From: an uncultured delta proteobacterium
GTDB taxonomy: Bacteria > Myxococcota_A > Polyangia > Polyangiales > Polyangiaceae
Direction of reading: 5' to 3'
NCBI GenBank assembly: GCA_963716725.1
Contig: CAVQUB010000020.1
Coordinates: 197,040 to 261,039, forward strand
Length of the DNA: 64,000 nucleotides
Positions 10,780 to 21,796 of this stretch are shown in pieces. A model generated the notes under the pieces. It saw only the letters and a program-made list of their open reading frames with translations. It was not told the DNA's origin and searched no databases. Numbering within the stretch: position 1 is the stretch's first letter; every line of letters starts with the position of its first letter. The position numbers were made by a program, and so were the translations under genes.

Positions 10780-12572
10780 AGATCCGCGAGCATGCCCGCC
10801 GGCAGCGTCAGCTTGGCGCGCAGGCGGGTGGGTTGGGTCTTCTCTACCGAGAGCGAGAACAGCGCCCGCGTGGCTCCGCCATTGGGCAGCGCCCGCAGGC
10901 GCTCTCGCTCCCCCGCCCGGTGCTCGCGCATGGTGACGAACCGGGTCAGGCCCCAGAGTCCTCCCAAGCTGAAGGCGCTCGCCAGGCGCACGGCCGGATC
11001 CTCGAACGTCGGAAGCTCCGGCCTCGGCGCCAGGCTGAGCCCCCGCATTCGTTCCACCATCTCGCGCTCGCCCAGTCCGAGCCCGACGAAGGTCGAGTCG
11101 CCGATGGGCACCACGACGACGACCAGCGACTCGCTCGGCGCGGGGGAAGGCGTCCGTGTCCTGTGCGCCACGCAAGCGTCGAAGAACCTTCCGGGCATCG
11201 GGAGCTCGTAGACCCAGCTGCCCGCGGGGAGCGTCCTCGGCGCGGGCTTCTTCTTGATCTTTCCGAGTCCTTCGCAGAGGCGGGGAAGACTCTGATACGC
11301 GAACGCCCGAAGTCGTCCCGCGTTGTAGTCGCGCATGCCTCGGTCGAGCTCCGGCAGGTAGGCGCGCGCGGGCTCGTCGAACCCGAAGACATGCCAGCCG
11401 TAGGTGGAACGCGTCTGTTCCCAGAGCGCGAGTCCCCCCGCGAGCCCCCGCCGCGCGTCCCGACCGTGGGCGTCCCCGTGAGCGTAGAGGTGGGGCGCGC
11501 GCTGGACGAAGGTGCGCGCGACCAGGTCGAGCGTCGCGCGCGAGACGCTGGGGCCAGCCTCTTCGGCGAGCCAGCTGACCAGGGCCGCGCGGGCCTCGTC
11601 GGTGCGCGACGGCGCCGCCCCGGTGAAGAACCACGCGGCCTGGGTGTCCGACGGCAGCCGCCCCCAGAGCCCCGCCAGCCCAGGCGTCCGCGGCGTCAGG
11701 CTCGACAGGGTGCGTGAGGCCCACGAAGTCTCGCCCGAAAGGCTCGCCGCGAGCTCGAGCTCCAGGGCGCCCCCCGTCTCGCGCCCGACCAATCGTACGT
11801 TGTCCAGGTCGGCGAGCAGATCGACGGCGTCGGCAGCGAGCACCGAAATCGCTGCATCGCGCGCGCGACCCGTCTTCGGCGCCAGGAAGCGCGCGGCCTG
11901 AGTCAGCGCCTCGCGGTGCGGGCGAGCGAAGCGGACGGGCCAGGCTTCGACGACCACGGGCTCCACGCCGAGTGCGCGGGTGGGCAGGCCGCGAGCCGCA
12001 TAGGGACCCAGCGTATCGAGGGCGCCGCGGCTCGTTCCGCAGACGAGCCGCGTCGGCGCGGGGCCGGCGGACGCTGCGAGATCGCAGTGGAGGCCTTCGC
12101 CATCCGAGATCTCGGCACCTGAGGCTCCGCGGCGCTGAACCCTGAGTCGAGGCTGCGCTCTCAGCGCGTCGAGCGCGGCCTGAAACGATGCCAGTGGCAA
12201 TGACCACACGACGTCCGCCCCACGCAGGAGGACCGCTTCGGGAGAGCCGAGGGCGACGGCGAGTTCGATCGGTCCCCTCGCGACGTGGTCCCGAAGCACA
12301 GGCTCGAGCTCCGGAGTGAGCATCGACAGCGGCGAGCCCGCGATGGACGGGAGCGCGCCCTCGACGGGGAGACGACGGACGAATTCGGCGTTCAGGCGGC
12401 CGACGAGCACCAGGCCAGGAGGCTCGGCCACCGGGGACAGATCGATGGCTTCGGCGACCGCCGGAGGCGGCCGTGGTGGCGGAGCCCGAGTTGGCGTCGG
12501 GGTCAGCGACGCCGGAGCGGCGCAGGCGGCGAGCGCGCCGAGAGCCAGCGCCGTCAGCGCGCGTCGAGCCAT
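10740..12572 (-). CDS. Hypothetical lipoprotein
   Basis: About 610 aa ORF with lipobox LGALAAC; convergent with and slightly overlapping accA. Confidence 0.65.
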   Translation of the reverse strand: MARRALTALALGALAACAAPASLTPTPTRAPPPRPPPAVAEAIDLSPVAEPPGLVLVGRLNAEFVRRLPVEGALPSIAGSPLSMLTPELEPVLRDHVARGPIELAVALGSPEAVLLRGADVVWSLPLASFQAALDALRAQPRLRVQRRGASGAEISDGEGLHCDLAASAGPAPTRLVCGTSRGALDTLGPYAARGLPTRALGVEPVVVEAWPVRFARPHREALTQAARFLAPKTGRARDAAISVLAADAVDLLADLDNVRLVGRETGGALELELAASLSGETSWASRTLSSLTPRTPGLAGLWGRLPSDTQAAWFFTGAAPSRTDEARAALVSWLAEEAGPSVSRATLDLVARTFVQRAPHLYAHGDAHGRDARRGLAGGLALWEQTRSTYGWHVFGFDEPARAYLPELDRGMRDYNAGRLRAFAYQSLPRLCEGLGKIKKKPAPRTLPAGSWVYELPMPGRFFDACVAHRTRTPSPAPSESLVVVVVPIGDSTFVGLGLGEREMVERMRGLSLAPRPELPTFEDPAVRLASAFSLGGLWGLTRFVTMREHRAGERERLRALPNGGATRALFSLSVEKTQPTRLRAKLTLPAGMLADLQATKDPSRRKRW

Positions 12573-12721
12573 GGCGTCGAAACCTACCACGCACGTCCGG
12601 CCCCAAGGCCGATCTGCCTGGAAATAGAGGACTTGGCCAAGGCTGTGGACATTGCGAGTGAGAAGCTTTTCACTCCCGGCCCCGAGAGGTTGAGCTGACT
12701 GATGCGCCGGGGATTTGGACC

Positions 12722-14229
12722 ATGAGCGAGGCGACGAACTTCTGTTGGGTGGGCGCCGACGGCACGCTGCACAGCGGCAGTGCGCAGGAGCTCATGCGCG
12801 CTTTCGTCGCCGGCGCGCTGCCCGCGCGTCACCCCGTCTGGCGCCACGGGTGGTCCGAGTGGGTGCTGCTCGAGGACGTGCTGGCCGAGCGCCGTCTCGA
12901 GTTCGAAGTCGACGCGCCGCCGACCGAGCGCGACTTCGAAAGTGTGCCGACCTCACCGATCATCGATCCCGACGTGACTGCGGAAGACCTGACCCGACCC
13001 CTGCGCGCCGTCACCCCGACTCCCCCCACCCTGTTCTCACAGCATCCGCCCGAGGCGTCGCAGCTACCGCCGATGGGCGGGACCGCGCGCACCGTGCCGC
13101 CGGCGTTGCACCGCCGGGGCGTTCACGTACCAGCGCTCATCGGCGCGAGCGTCGGACTGATCGGGGCGATCGCCGCCGCAGGCATCGTCGGGTCGGCGAC
13201 CGTCGATTCGCACGGCCGGGCGTTGCGGCGTGCCGCGGTCTCCGTCCAGCTTCCCGCGCGGGCGAGTTCGCCCCGGGACTTCGCCTGCTCCCTCGACGGC
13301 GATGCGATGGTGGTCGCGCCGCGAATCACGCGCGGCGCTTCGTTGCACGCGGCGACGGTGACTGAACGCAGCGTCGCAGTTGGCGTCAACGCCACCGAGA
13401 AGACCGGGCTGGGCATCACGCTCCGGCTCGGGCCGCTCTCGTTGGAACGAACCGAGGTCGTCGCCGATCCGCTCCACGTCGCAGGTGTCGTGCCGTCGAC
13501 GACGGGACAGTTCTCGGTCGACCGATTCACCCGGCGGGCGCCCGGACGCGAGCCGTTCTCCCTCGGGATGACACCGAGTGGCTTCACGCGCATCGGAGAG
13601 GACGGCGGGCAGACCACGATCTGGCCGGGGGAGGCCCGCGAGGTGATTCCCGCCCCGTGCTGGCGGCCTTCGGCGACGCTGGCGTGGGGGTGGCATTTCG
13701 TCGCGGTGACGACCGCCGCGGCGCCGTGCGACTCGGTTGGCTCGACGCCAGGGGGCAGCGGCTGAGCGACCTCGCGACGCTGTCGGTGGCGTCTGGCCTG
13801 ACGGGCGAGCCCGCGCTGGCGGCCGGCCCCGGCAGGCTGCTCGTCGCCTACGCCGTGCAGCAACCGGCGGACGCTCCGGCAGCCATCGAGCTGGCGCTGG
13901 CGAAATTCGGTGAGCTACCGGGCGCCACTCGCCGCTTCGACGCAAATTCGAGCCTGCCTCGCGAGCGTCCGGCGATCGCCGCGTTGCCGGATGGCCGCTG
14001 GTTGCTCGCCTGGGCCGAAGGCGACCGCGAGCGCGGACGGCGCGTCCGCGCGCAGGTACTGAGCGAAGAACTCACACCGTCGGGAGTTCCCCTCGAGCTC
14101 GCCTCGAGCCTTCACCCGATTGGGGCCGTGGCCCTGCACGCCGCGGGAGCGCGGCTGGTGGTGCTGTTCTCGGAGCGCGCCCACCGGCAGACCGAAACAC
14201 TGCTCGCCCGACAAATCACGTGTCGCTGA
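12722..14229 (+). CDS. GYF_2/DUF4339-domain membrane protein (frameshift near 13650)
   Basis: N-terminal ELMRAFVAGALPARHPVWRHGWSEW, Pro-rich linker, TM segment; C-terminus continues in ORF 13657..14229. Confidence 0.65.
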
Positions 14230-14332
14230 CCCCGTGTGTGTGTGACCCGCCCACACGGGCCCACCAAAGTGCTCCGCACCAACCCGCACGTGCGGGCACC
14301 CCGCGGTAAGCTAGTGGAGGAGTTGGTGCCAC

Positions 14333-16492
14333 ATGCGCGTTGGATTTGCTTCGATCGTTCTGGGTGCGGGTGCCGCAAGCTGGCTGGCTTGGGGTTGCTC
14401 GGCAGCTGGTGAGGGAAGTGCTCCGGGAGCGGGCGGCGGCGGCGCCACCGACGGCGGCGGCAGCAGCAGCGGGACCGGAGGCAGCAGCGCCAGTGGCGGC
14501 AGCAGCGCGAGCGGCGGCAGCGGCGGGACCGGCGGCAGTAGCAGTGGTGGGGCTGCGGGCAGCGGCGGCGCAGCCGGCAGCGGAGGCAGCGGCGGGTGCA
14601 CGAGCGACTCGGAGTGCTCGGGCACGACCCCGGTGTGCGACACCGCCAACAGCACCTGCGTCGAGTGCACGCCGACCAACGACAAATGCCCGACCGGGCA
14701 GTACTGCACGAAGAACAACGGCTGCGCGGCCGGGTGCACCGATGGCACGGACTGCAGCAGCCCGAACGCGAAGTGCGACGCCGCGACCAACAAATGCGTC
14801 GAGTGCTTGGGCGACACGGATTGCACCGCGGGACAGATCTGCGTCCAGAACGCCTGCGCCCAGGGCTGTTCGATCACCCAACCCTGCGTGAACACGGCTG
14901 AGACCTGCTGCGGCTCGAGTTGCCACGACCTCAAGGCCGATCTGAACAACTGCGGCACCTGCACCAGCGCATGCCCCGCGCCGCTCAACGCCGCCGCGAC
15001 CTGCATCGCGGGCGCTTGCGGCATGGGCGCCTGCGCGGGCGGCTTCTTGGACTGCAACAAGAGCCCCGCCGACGGCTGCGAGATCAACACCGCCATCGTC
15101 ACCAACTGCACCTGCGCGCCGGGCACGACCCAGTCCTGCTACACGGGCCCGACGGGCACCCAGAACAAGGGCCTGTGCAAGGCGGGCACGCAGACCTGCG
15201 ACTCCAGCGGCTTGCTCTGGGGTCCCTGCCTCAACCAGGTGGTGCCTTCGTCCGAGGTTTGCGGCAACGGCCTCGACGAGGACTGCACGGGAGTCGCGGA
15301 CGACGTCGGCGACGTCGACGGTGATGGCTGGACGAAGTGCAACGGAGACTGCTGCGAGACGACCAGCGAGTGCAGCGATCCCAAGCTGGTGAACCCCGGA
15401 GCCTTCGAGTTCGCCGGCAACGGAGTGGACGACGACTGCGACGGGACCAAGGACAACGTCCTGACCGGCTGCGATTCCAGCCTCGCCAGCAACTCGGCGA
15501 CCGCCGTCGACTACGCAAAGGCCATCGATCTCTGCCAGACCACCACCGAAAACCCGGCCCTGAGCCAGAAGAAGTGGGGCGTGATCAGCGGGACGTTCTC
15601 GCTGGCGAACGGCAGCGGAACTCCCAACGCATACTCCCGCTCGATCCGGCCCGGCTTCGGCAACAACGTCGCGCCCAAGCTCGGGTCGCGGCTCGCGGTC
15701 CTGTCGACTGGACGCGCTGCAGCGCAGACCGCGCCGAACAACGCCAACCCGGCGTGGGCGGCCTTCCAGGGCGGTCAGAACAATGGCTCGACGAGCGGTG
15801 TGCCGAACGACTGGCTCGCGGCCAACGGCGGGAATTTCCCCAACGCGCCCGGCTGCCCCGCCCCGCAGGGCGGCACCACCGCGCACGATCCGATCATGCT
15901 CAAGCTGCGCGTGCGTGTGCCGACGAACGCCAAATCGTTCTCGCTCAACAGCTACTTCTACTCGTCCGAGTACCCGGAGTGGGTCTGCAGCGCGTTCAAC
16001 GACTTCTTCCTGACGCTGATCGACTCGACCTTCGTACCCGGACCCGGCGAGACCGCGAACCCCACCGACAAAAACCTCGCGTTCTACGACCCTCCCCCGG
16101 CCGGCGGCTCGCTCTACCCCGTCGGCGTGAACCTCGCGTTCGGCAACACCGGGCTGTTCAAGGCGTGCAAGAACGGTCCCACGGGCTGTGGCAGCGGCTC
16201 GGTCGCCGGCACGACCAACACCTGCGTCAGCACCTCGGAGCTGCTCGGGACCGGCATGGACATCCTGAACCCGCCGTCTCAGTTTGGGGGCGACCCGGGC
16301 TGGTGCGGCTCCAGCAACATGGCAGGCGGCGGCACGGGCTGGCTGAACGTCTCGGGCAACGTGAAGCCCGGCGAGACCATCGAGATCCGCTTCGTGATCT
16401 GGGACACGGGGGACGCTTGGTACGACTCCGTCGTGCTGCTCGACAACTTCCTGTGGAAGATCAACGCCTCCCAGCCCGGCACCACGGGCTGA
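14333..16492 (+). CDS. Cys-rich surface lipoprotein with probable choice-of-anchor L C-terminal domain
   Basis: Lipobox AWGC, Gly/Ser linker, many Cys modules (EVCGNGLDEDC, GNGVDDDCDG), YFYSSEYPEWVCSAFNDFF. Confidence 0.75.
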   Translation: MRVGFASIVLGAGAASWLAWGCSAAGEGSAPGAGGGGATDGGGSSSGTGGSSASGGSSASGGSGGTGGSSSGGAAGSGGAAGSGGSGGCTSDSECSGTTPVCDTANSTCVECTPTNDKCPTGQYCTKNNGCAAGCTDGTDCSSPNAKCDAATNKCVECLGDTDCTAGQICVQNACAQGCSITQPCVNTAETCCGSSCHDLKADLNNCGTCTSACPAPLNAAATCIAGACGMGACAGGFLDCNKSPADGCEINTAIVTNCTCAPGTTQSCYTGPTGTQNKGLCKAGTQTCDSSGLLWGPCLNQVVPSSEVCGNGLDEDCTGVADDVGDVDGDGWTKCNGDCCETTSECSDPKLVNPGAFEFAGNGVDDDCDGTKDNVLTGCDSSLASNSATAVDYAKAIDLCQTTTENPALSQKKWGVISGTFSLANGSGTPNAYSRSIRPGFGNNVAPKLGSRLAVLSTGRAAAQTAPNNANPAWAAFQGGQNNGSTSGVPNDWLAANGGNFPNAPGCPAPQGGTTAHDPIMLKLRVRVPTNAKSFSLNSYFYSSEYPEWVCSAFNDFFLTLIDSTFVPGPGETANPTDKNLAFYDPPPAGGSLYPVGVNLAFGNTGLFKACKNGPTGCGSGSVAGTTNTCVSTSELLGTGMDILNPPSQFGGDPGWCGSSNMAGGGTGWLNVSGNVKPGETIEIRFVIWDTGDAWYDSVVLLDNFLWKINASQPGTTG

Positions 16493-16501
16493 GGCTCGAG
16501 G

Positions 16502-16894
16502 TCAGAGCTTCTCGAGCACCCGCTCGAGCTTCTGGGCGACCTCGTCGGCGATCGAGGCCATGGCAGGGTTGTCGACCACCTCGAACTGTCGGCGCGGGTT
16601 GATGGCCTGAACCAACGTGCGACCGCCTGCTTGGTACACGTTCACGTTGCAGGGCAAGAGCACGCCGATCCCGGGCTCGGCCTCGAGGGCCCGGTGGGCC
16701 AGCGGCGGGTTGCAGGCGCCGAGGATGACGTAAGGTTCGCGCTCGACGCCGAGCTTCGCCTTGAGGGTGGCAGCCACATCAATCGTGGTCAGAACACCGA
16801 AGCCTTCTTCGGCCAGTAGCGCCTTCACTCGCTCGATGGCCTGATCTTGGGTGAAATTAGCGACCTCGCGCGTGAGTGTGTAGGAAGGGTGCAT
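16502..16894 (-). CDS. DUF302 family protein
   Basis: GFGVLTTIDV, YVILGACNPPLA, GVLLPCNV. Confidence 0.9.
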   Translation of the reverse strand: MHPSYTLTREVANFTQDQAIERVKALLAEEGFGVLTTIDVAATLKAKLGVEREPYVILGACNPPLAHRALEAEPGIGVLLPCNVNVYQAGGRTLVQAINPRRQFEVVDNPAMASIADEVAQKLERVLEKL

Positions 16895-16938
16895 GACGTG
16901 TCTCCTGGACGGTGAGAGCCGCTCTGGGCGAGATGGAT

Positions 16939-17556
16939 TCAACTGGGCAACGCCAGGACAGCGTAGCGGACACTGGTCGGGAGCGTCTCGAGAAGCGACA
17001 CCACCTGCCCAGCGGTCAACGATTCGGAGACATCACCGGGCATGACGCTCACGAAGGCAAAGCTCTCGAGGGCTGCTCGGCGCGACTCGTCGTCGTTCGC
17101 AGCGGCGTCGATCCGATGGCGACCCGGTCCCGAGGGGTGAGATCCGTAGAGTCCTCGCTCGTCCAACCCCACCATGACCACGTTGTGGATCCCGGGCGCG
17201 AGCTGCCCCATGTCGACTTCGTGTGCGTCGGGAACCACAAAGCCCCGCAACGCCGCGGCGCCGGCGCGGATCTCGACTCGACGCGCTCCCGGCGGCAACG
17301 GAGACACGTCTCCCCAGACCAGCGCCGCCGGTCCGGAGACGCCCAGGTCGCCGATGCGTGCGGCGAGCTGCGCTCCGAGCTGAGCAGCGGGCGCCCGGGC
17401 GTCGATGGAAATCATGTGGACCCGCGGCGGCACCGCTGGGGGCGCAGCTCGTGAGAGCCGGGGGGAGGACGCTGGCTGGATCTCTTCCTTGGGGGTGGTC
17501 GCGCAGCCGATGACCACGATGACCGCACCCAGAATCACGACGTCGACGCGGCTCAT
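16939..17556 (-). CDS. Hypothetical lipoprotein
   Basis: GAGG upstream of MSRVDVVILGAVIVVIGC (lipobox). Confidence 0.5.
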   Translation of the reverse strand: MSRVDVVILGAVIVVIGCATTPKEEIQPASSPRLSRAAPPAVPPRVHMISIDARAPAAQLGAQLAARIGDLGVSGPAALVWGDVSPLPPGARRVEIRAGAAALRGFVVPDAHEVDMGQLAPGIHNVVMVGLDERGLYGSHPSGPGRHRIDAAANDDESRRAALESFAFVSVMPGDVSESLTAGQVVSLLETLPTSVRYAVLALPS

Positions 17557-17648
17557 TCCCACCTCATCCCGCCCTGAACGGCCGAAAGCAGCGGCTTGTT
17601 CCCGCGGAAGGGTTGACTTCCGAACGCAGGCCGAGTGCCCTAGCCCCA

Positions 17649-18236
17649 ATGCAAGGTTATCCCCCTCCCGGTGGTTTCGGCGGTCCCCCTGGTCCTCCCC
17701 CTGGTCCGCCCGGAGGCTACGGGCCGCCACCCGGAGGCGGCTTCGGCGCGCCACCCGGAGGCGGTTTCGGCGCGCCACCCGGAGGCGGTTTCGGGGCACC
17801 ACCCGGGGGTGGCTTCGGCGGGCCCCCGGGCGGCATGACGGGCAAGGCCGAGAGCATGGTCGGAGCGCCGGCCATCGGGCTGCTCGTCGTGGCGGGCATC
17901 GGCATCCTGTACCAACTCTTCAGCATCTTGATGAACCTCCTGGGCACCGGGATGGGCGCCTTCTCCGCGGCGAGCGGCAGCAGCGGAGGCATGAGCAGCC
18001 TGTTCACCGGGGTCATCGGCCTGGTGTTCAACGTGATCTGGCTGCTCTTGAGCGGCCTGGTCATCTACGGCGCCCTCAAGATGAAGAAGCTCGAGAGCTA
18101 CGGGCTCGCGATGGCGGCAGCGGTGGTTGCCGCGTTGCCCTGCACCTCGCCCTGCTGCGTGCTCGGACTGCCGCTCGGGATCTGGGCCATCGCGGTCCTG
18201 GTGAACCAGGACGTGAAGTCCGCCTTCCGCGGCTGA
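17649..18236 (+). CDS. Membrane protein with Gly/Pro-rich N-terminus
   Basis: (PPGGGFGA)n followed by TM helices and PCC..GLPLGIWAIAVL. Confidence 0.75.
   Translation: MQGYPPPGGFGGPPGPPPGPPGGYGPPPGGGFGAPPGGGFGAPPGGGFGAPPGGGFGGPPGGMTGKAESMVGAPAIGLLVVAGIGILYQLFSILMNLLGTGMGAFSAASGSSGGMSSLFTGVIGLVFNVIWLLLSGLVIYGALKMKKLESYGLAMAAAVVAALPCTSPCCVLGLPLGIWAIAVLVNQDVKSAFRG
17727..17822 (+). repeat. Four imperfect 24-bp coding tandem repeats (PPGGGFGA)
   Basis: Unit ccacccggaggcggtttcggcgcg, in frame within the membrane-protein gene. Confidence 0.85.
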
Positions 18237-18421
18237 CCGTTGCGAAATACCTGCGCGAACGTCCACGTTCGCGCGGCCTCGGGGGCGTCCTTGACCGGCC
18301 CTCCCCTCGTCGCTAGGTTCCGGGCCCCTCGGGCGTTTTCGGCGCTCGAACTGCATCGAACGAGCCGCCCACCGAGGCGACGGACGAAGGCCGCGGGAAC
18401 ACCGCGAACGAGGAGACGACC

Positions 18422-19444
18422 ATGGCAACCAAGATCGCAATCAACGGGTTCGGCCGCATCGGGCGCTGCGTTCTGCGAGCGTTGACGGAGCAGAAGTTGG
18501 GCGACATCGAGGTCGTGGCCATCAACGACCTGGTCGACACCCGGACCCTCGCGCACCTCTTGAAGTACGACTCGGTTCACGGCGTGTTCGACGCGGCGAC
18601 CGTCGGCCACAAAGACTCGGGAATTTCCGTCGGCGGCAAGGACATCGCCGTGACTGCCATCAAGGACCCGAAGGAGCTTCCGTGGAAGAGCCACGGGGTC
18701 GACATCGTGCTCGAGTGCACGGGGCTCTTCACGGACAAGAGCAAGGCCATCGGTCACGTGGAGGCCGGTGCCAAGAAGGTGATGATCAGCGCCCCTGCCA
18801 AGAACCACGACCTGACCATCGTGATGGGCGTCAACGACGACCTCTACGATCCAGCGAAGCACCACGTGGTGTCGAACGGATCGTGCACCACGAACTGCCT
18901 GGCTCCGGTCGCGAAGGTCATGCTCGACACCTTCGGCATCGTGAACGCGTTCATGACGACCATTCACAGCTACACCAACGATCAGAACCTGCTCGACCTG
19001 CCCCACCGCAAGGGCGACCTGCGCCGGGCGCGAGCCGCTGCCGTCAACATGGTTCCAACCAGCACCGGCGCCGCCAAGGCCATCGCCGAGGTCATCCCGG
19101 CGCTGAAGGGCAAGTGCCACGGCACGGCGATGCGCGTGCCGACGGTGGACGTGTCCGTCGTCGATCTGACGGTCATCACCGAGAAGGCCGTGACCGTGGA
19201 GTCGATCAACAGCGCCATGAAGGCCGCAGCCGAGAGTGGCCGGCTCAAAGGCGTGCTCCAGTACGTCGAAGAAGAGCTGGTCTCCTGCGACTTCATTGGT
19301 AATCCGTACTCGAGCTGCTTCGATTCGACGCAGACCCTGACCATGGGCGACAATTTCGCCAAGATCTTCTCCTGGTACGACAACGAGTGGGGCTTCTCCT
19401 GCCGCATGATCGACCTCATGCGGCTGATGGCGAAGAAGGGCTGA
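18422..19444 (+). CDS. gap: Type I glyceraldehyde-3-phosphate dehydrogenase
   Basis: INGFGRIGR, SCTTNCLAP, TSTGAAKA, WYDNEWG; RBS GAGGAG. Confidence 0.98.
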   Translation: MATKIAINGFGRIGRCVLRALTEQKLGDIEVVAINDLVDTRTLAHLLKYDSVHGVFDAATVGHKDSGISVGGKDIAVTAIKDPKELPWKSHGVDIVLECTGLFTDKSKAIGHVEAGAKKVMISAPAKNHDLTIVMGVNDDLYDPAKHHVVSNGSCTTNCLAPVAKVMLDTFGIVNAFMTTIHSYTNDQNLLDLPHRKGDLRRARAAAVNMVPTSTGAAKAIAEVIPALKGKCHGTAMRVPTVDVSVVDLTVITEKAVTVESINSAMKAAAESGRLKGVLQYVEEELVSCDFIGNPYSSCFDSTQTLTMGDNFAKIFSWYDNEWGFSCRMIDLMRLMAKKG

Positions 19445-19451
19445 CAGCGCC

Positions 19452-20666
19452 ATGGGCATGCTGGACGGCATCCGCTGCATCGACGAGCTCGAGCTCGCCG
19501 GGCAGAAGGTCTTCATCCGCGTCGACTTCAACGTCCCTCTCGACAAGAAGACGCGAGCGATCACCGACGACGAACGCATCCGTGCCGCGCTGCCCACGGT
19601 CAAGCACGCCATGGATGCGGGCGCGAAGGTCATCCTCGCCAGCCACCTGGGCCGCCCGAAGGGCAAGCCCGCGCCGGAATACAGCGTGGAGCCCGTGGGC
19701 TCCCGCTTGGCCGAACTCACGGGCTACGAAGTCCACGTTCCCGACGACTGCGTTGGAGAAGCCGCCAAGAAGGTGGTTCAGGACCTCCGCGGCGGTCAGA
19801 TCGTCCTGCTCGAGAACCTGCGCTTCCACGCCGAAGAAGAGATGAACGACGACTCCTTCGCCAAGGAGCTGGCGTCGCTCTGCACCGTGTACGTGAACGA
19901 CGCATTCGGTGCTGCGCACCGGGCCCACGCCTCGGTCGAGGCGCTGCCACGCATGATGCCGACGCGCGCCATGGGGTTCTTGATGAAGAGCGAGGTCTCG
20001 AACCTGTCGAAGGTGCTCGAGGCTCCGGAGAAGCCCTTCGTGGCCGTGCTCGGCGGCGCCAAGGTCACCGACAAGATCGCGGTGATCGAGTCGCTGCTCG
20101 CCAAGTGCACGTCCATCTGCATCGGCGGAGCCATGGCCAACACGCTGCTCGCGGCCAAGGGCCACGACATGAAGGCCAGCTTGGTCGAGAAGGACTTCCT
20201 GGCGGCCGCGCGCACCCTGCTCGAGAAGGCCCGCGACAGGGGCGTCGACGTGGTACTGCCGAGCGACGTGGTGGTCGGCTCCGGCACTGACGCCGCATCG
20301 GGAACGACGGTGAGCGTGGCCGCGGTTCCCGACGGGACCATGGCTCTCGACATCGGACCGGCGACGCTCGACGCGTTCAAGAAACACGTGCTCGGCGCCA
20401 AGACGGTGTTCTGGAACGGCCCCCTGGGTTTGTTCGAAAACCAGGCCTTCGCCGCCGGCACCAACGGGATGGCGAGGGCGTTGGCCGAGGCCCCCGGCTT
20501 CACCGTGGTCGGAGGCGGCGACAGCGCCGCGGCCCTGCGCCAAGCCGGTGACGGACTCGTGGAGCGGATCAGCTTCGTCTCCACCGGCGGCGGCGCGGCC
20601 CTCGAGCTGCTCGAAGGCAAGAATCTTCCAGGCGTTGAAGCGCTGCGCTCACCGCGCACCGCGTAG
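19452..20666 (+). CDS. pgk: Phosphoglycerate kinase
   Basis: RVDFNVP, SHLGRPKG, LENLRF, NDAFGAAHRAHAS, VSTGGGAALE. Confidence 0.98.
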   Translation: MGMLDGIRCIDELELAGQKVFIRVDFNVPLDKKTRAITDDERIRAALPTVKHAMDAGAKVILASHLGRPKGKPAPEYSVEPVGSRLAELTGYEVHVPDDCVGEAAKKVVQDLRGGQIVLLENLRFHAEEEMNDDSFAKELASLCTVYVNDAFGAAHRAHASVEALPRMMPTRAMGFLMKSEVSNLSKVLEAPEKPFVAVLGGAKVTDKIAVIESLLAKCTSICIGGAMANTLLAAKGHDMKASLVEKDFLAAARTLLEKARDRGVDVVLPSDVVVGSGTDAASGTTVSVAAVPDGTMALDIGPATLDAFKKHVLGAKTVFWNGPLGLFENQAFAAGTNGMARALAEAPGFTVVGGGDSAAALRQAGDGLVERISFVSTGGGAALELLEGKNLPGVEALRSPRTA

Positions 20667-20678
20667 AACGAGAGAGAC

Positions 20679-21440
20679 ATGCACCGCACCCCGATCATTG
20701 CCGGTAACTGGAAGCTGTACAAAGGCGGCGCGGCCGGCGTCGAGCTCGCACGCGAGGTGGTCCGCGCCTGCGGGGATCTGGCCGGAGTCACCATCGTCCT
20801 GGCGCCACCGTTCACCGTCGTTGCCAGCGTCGTCGACGCGGTTCGTGGCAGTCGGGTCGAGGTCGGCGGCCAGAACCTCTACCCGAAGGCCGAAGGAGCA
20901 TTCACCGGGGAGGTGAGCGCCCCGATGTTGCTCGATGCCGGCTGCAAGTGGGTGATCGTCGGACACAGCGAGCGCCGGCAGTTCTTCGCGGACACCGACG
21001 ACTTGGTGCGTGAGAAGACGGCTGCGGCCATCGCCGCGGGTCTCCGCCCCATCGTGTGCGTGGGCGAGAGCCTGGCAGAGCGCGACGCGGGTCGTACGCT
21101 CGAGGTCGTCTACCGCCAACTCGACGCAGTCACGAGCGTGCTCGCCGAGCGCCCCGGCTTCGCCACCTTGGCCTACGAGCCGGTCTGGGCCATCGGCACC
21201 GGCAAGGTCGCGGGTCCCGAGCAGGCCCAGGAGGTCCACCGAGCGCTGCGTCAGCGGCTCTCGGAGAAGGACCCCGCCTTGGGGCGCAGCACCCACATTC
21301 TCTACGGTGGCAGCGTGAAGCCCGACAATGCGTCCGGGTTGCTCTCCTGCCCCGATGTCGACGGCGCGCTCGTCGGCGGAGCCTCGCTCGATGCCGGCTC
21401 TTTCGCAAAAATAGTCGAAGCCTGCCCCTCGAGAGTCTGA
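20679..21440 (+). CDS. tpiA: Triosephosphate isomerase
   Basis: AGNWK, GHSERR, AYEPVWAIGTG, LYGGSV, LVGGASL. Confidence 0.98.
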   Translation: MHRTPIIAGNWKLYKGGAAGVELAREVVRACGDLAGVTIVLAPPFTVVASVVDAVRGSRVEVGGQNLYPKAEGAFTGEVSAPMLLDAGCKWVIVGHSERRQFFADTDDLVREKTAAAIAAGLRPIVCVGESLAERDAGRTLEVVYRQLDAVTSVLAERPGFATLAYEPVWAIGTGKVAGPEQAQEVHRALRQRLSEKDPALGRSTHILYGGSVKPDNASGLLSCPDVDGALVGGASLDAGSFAKIVEACPSRV

Positions 21441-21443
21441 CCC

Positions 21444-21779
21444 ATGGCCGAAATTCTGAAGACCCCGTTGACCGTCGTGCACGTCCTGGCGTGCTTGTTC
21501 CTGATGATCGTGGTGTTGCTCCAGCCCGGAAAGAGCGGAGGCATGGGCGCGATCAGCGGTGCCGCCGCTCAGCAAGTGTTCGGCGGCCGAGGCGCTGGCA
21601 ACATCCTCACGAAGATCAGCTGGACCACTGCCACCATCTTCTTCGTGACCAGCATCACCCTGGCCTACTTGTCCACTTCGTCGGACGAGTCGCTGGCCAA
21701 GCGAGCTCCGATCACGCCCGCCAAGGGCCCGCCGACCACTCAGGTCGAAGCTCCGCCAACGCCCGCACCTTCCAAGTAA
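21444..21779 (+). CDS. secG: Preprotein translocase subunit SecG
   Basis: VVLLQPGKSGGMG..FGGRGAGNILTK; usual position after tpiA. Confidence 0.93.
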   Translation: MAEILKTPLTVVHVLACLFLMIVVLLQPGKSGGMGAISGAAAQQVFGGRGAGNILTKISWTTATIFFVTSITLAYLSTSSDESLAKRAPITPAKGPPTTQVEAPPTPAPSK

Positions 21780-21796
21780 CGCTCGCCGCGGGCTGA

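Noticed and set aside
14234..14244. Short (GT)n tract in an intergenic region
   Set aside because: Only about five units, non-coding, with no evident link to a promoter.
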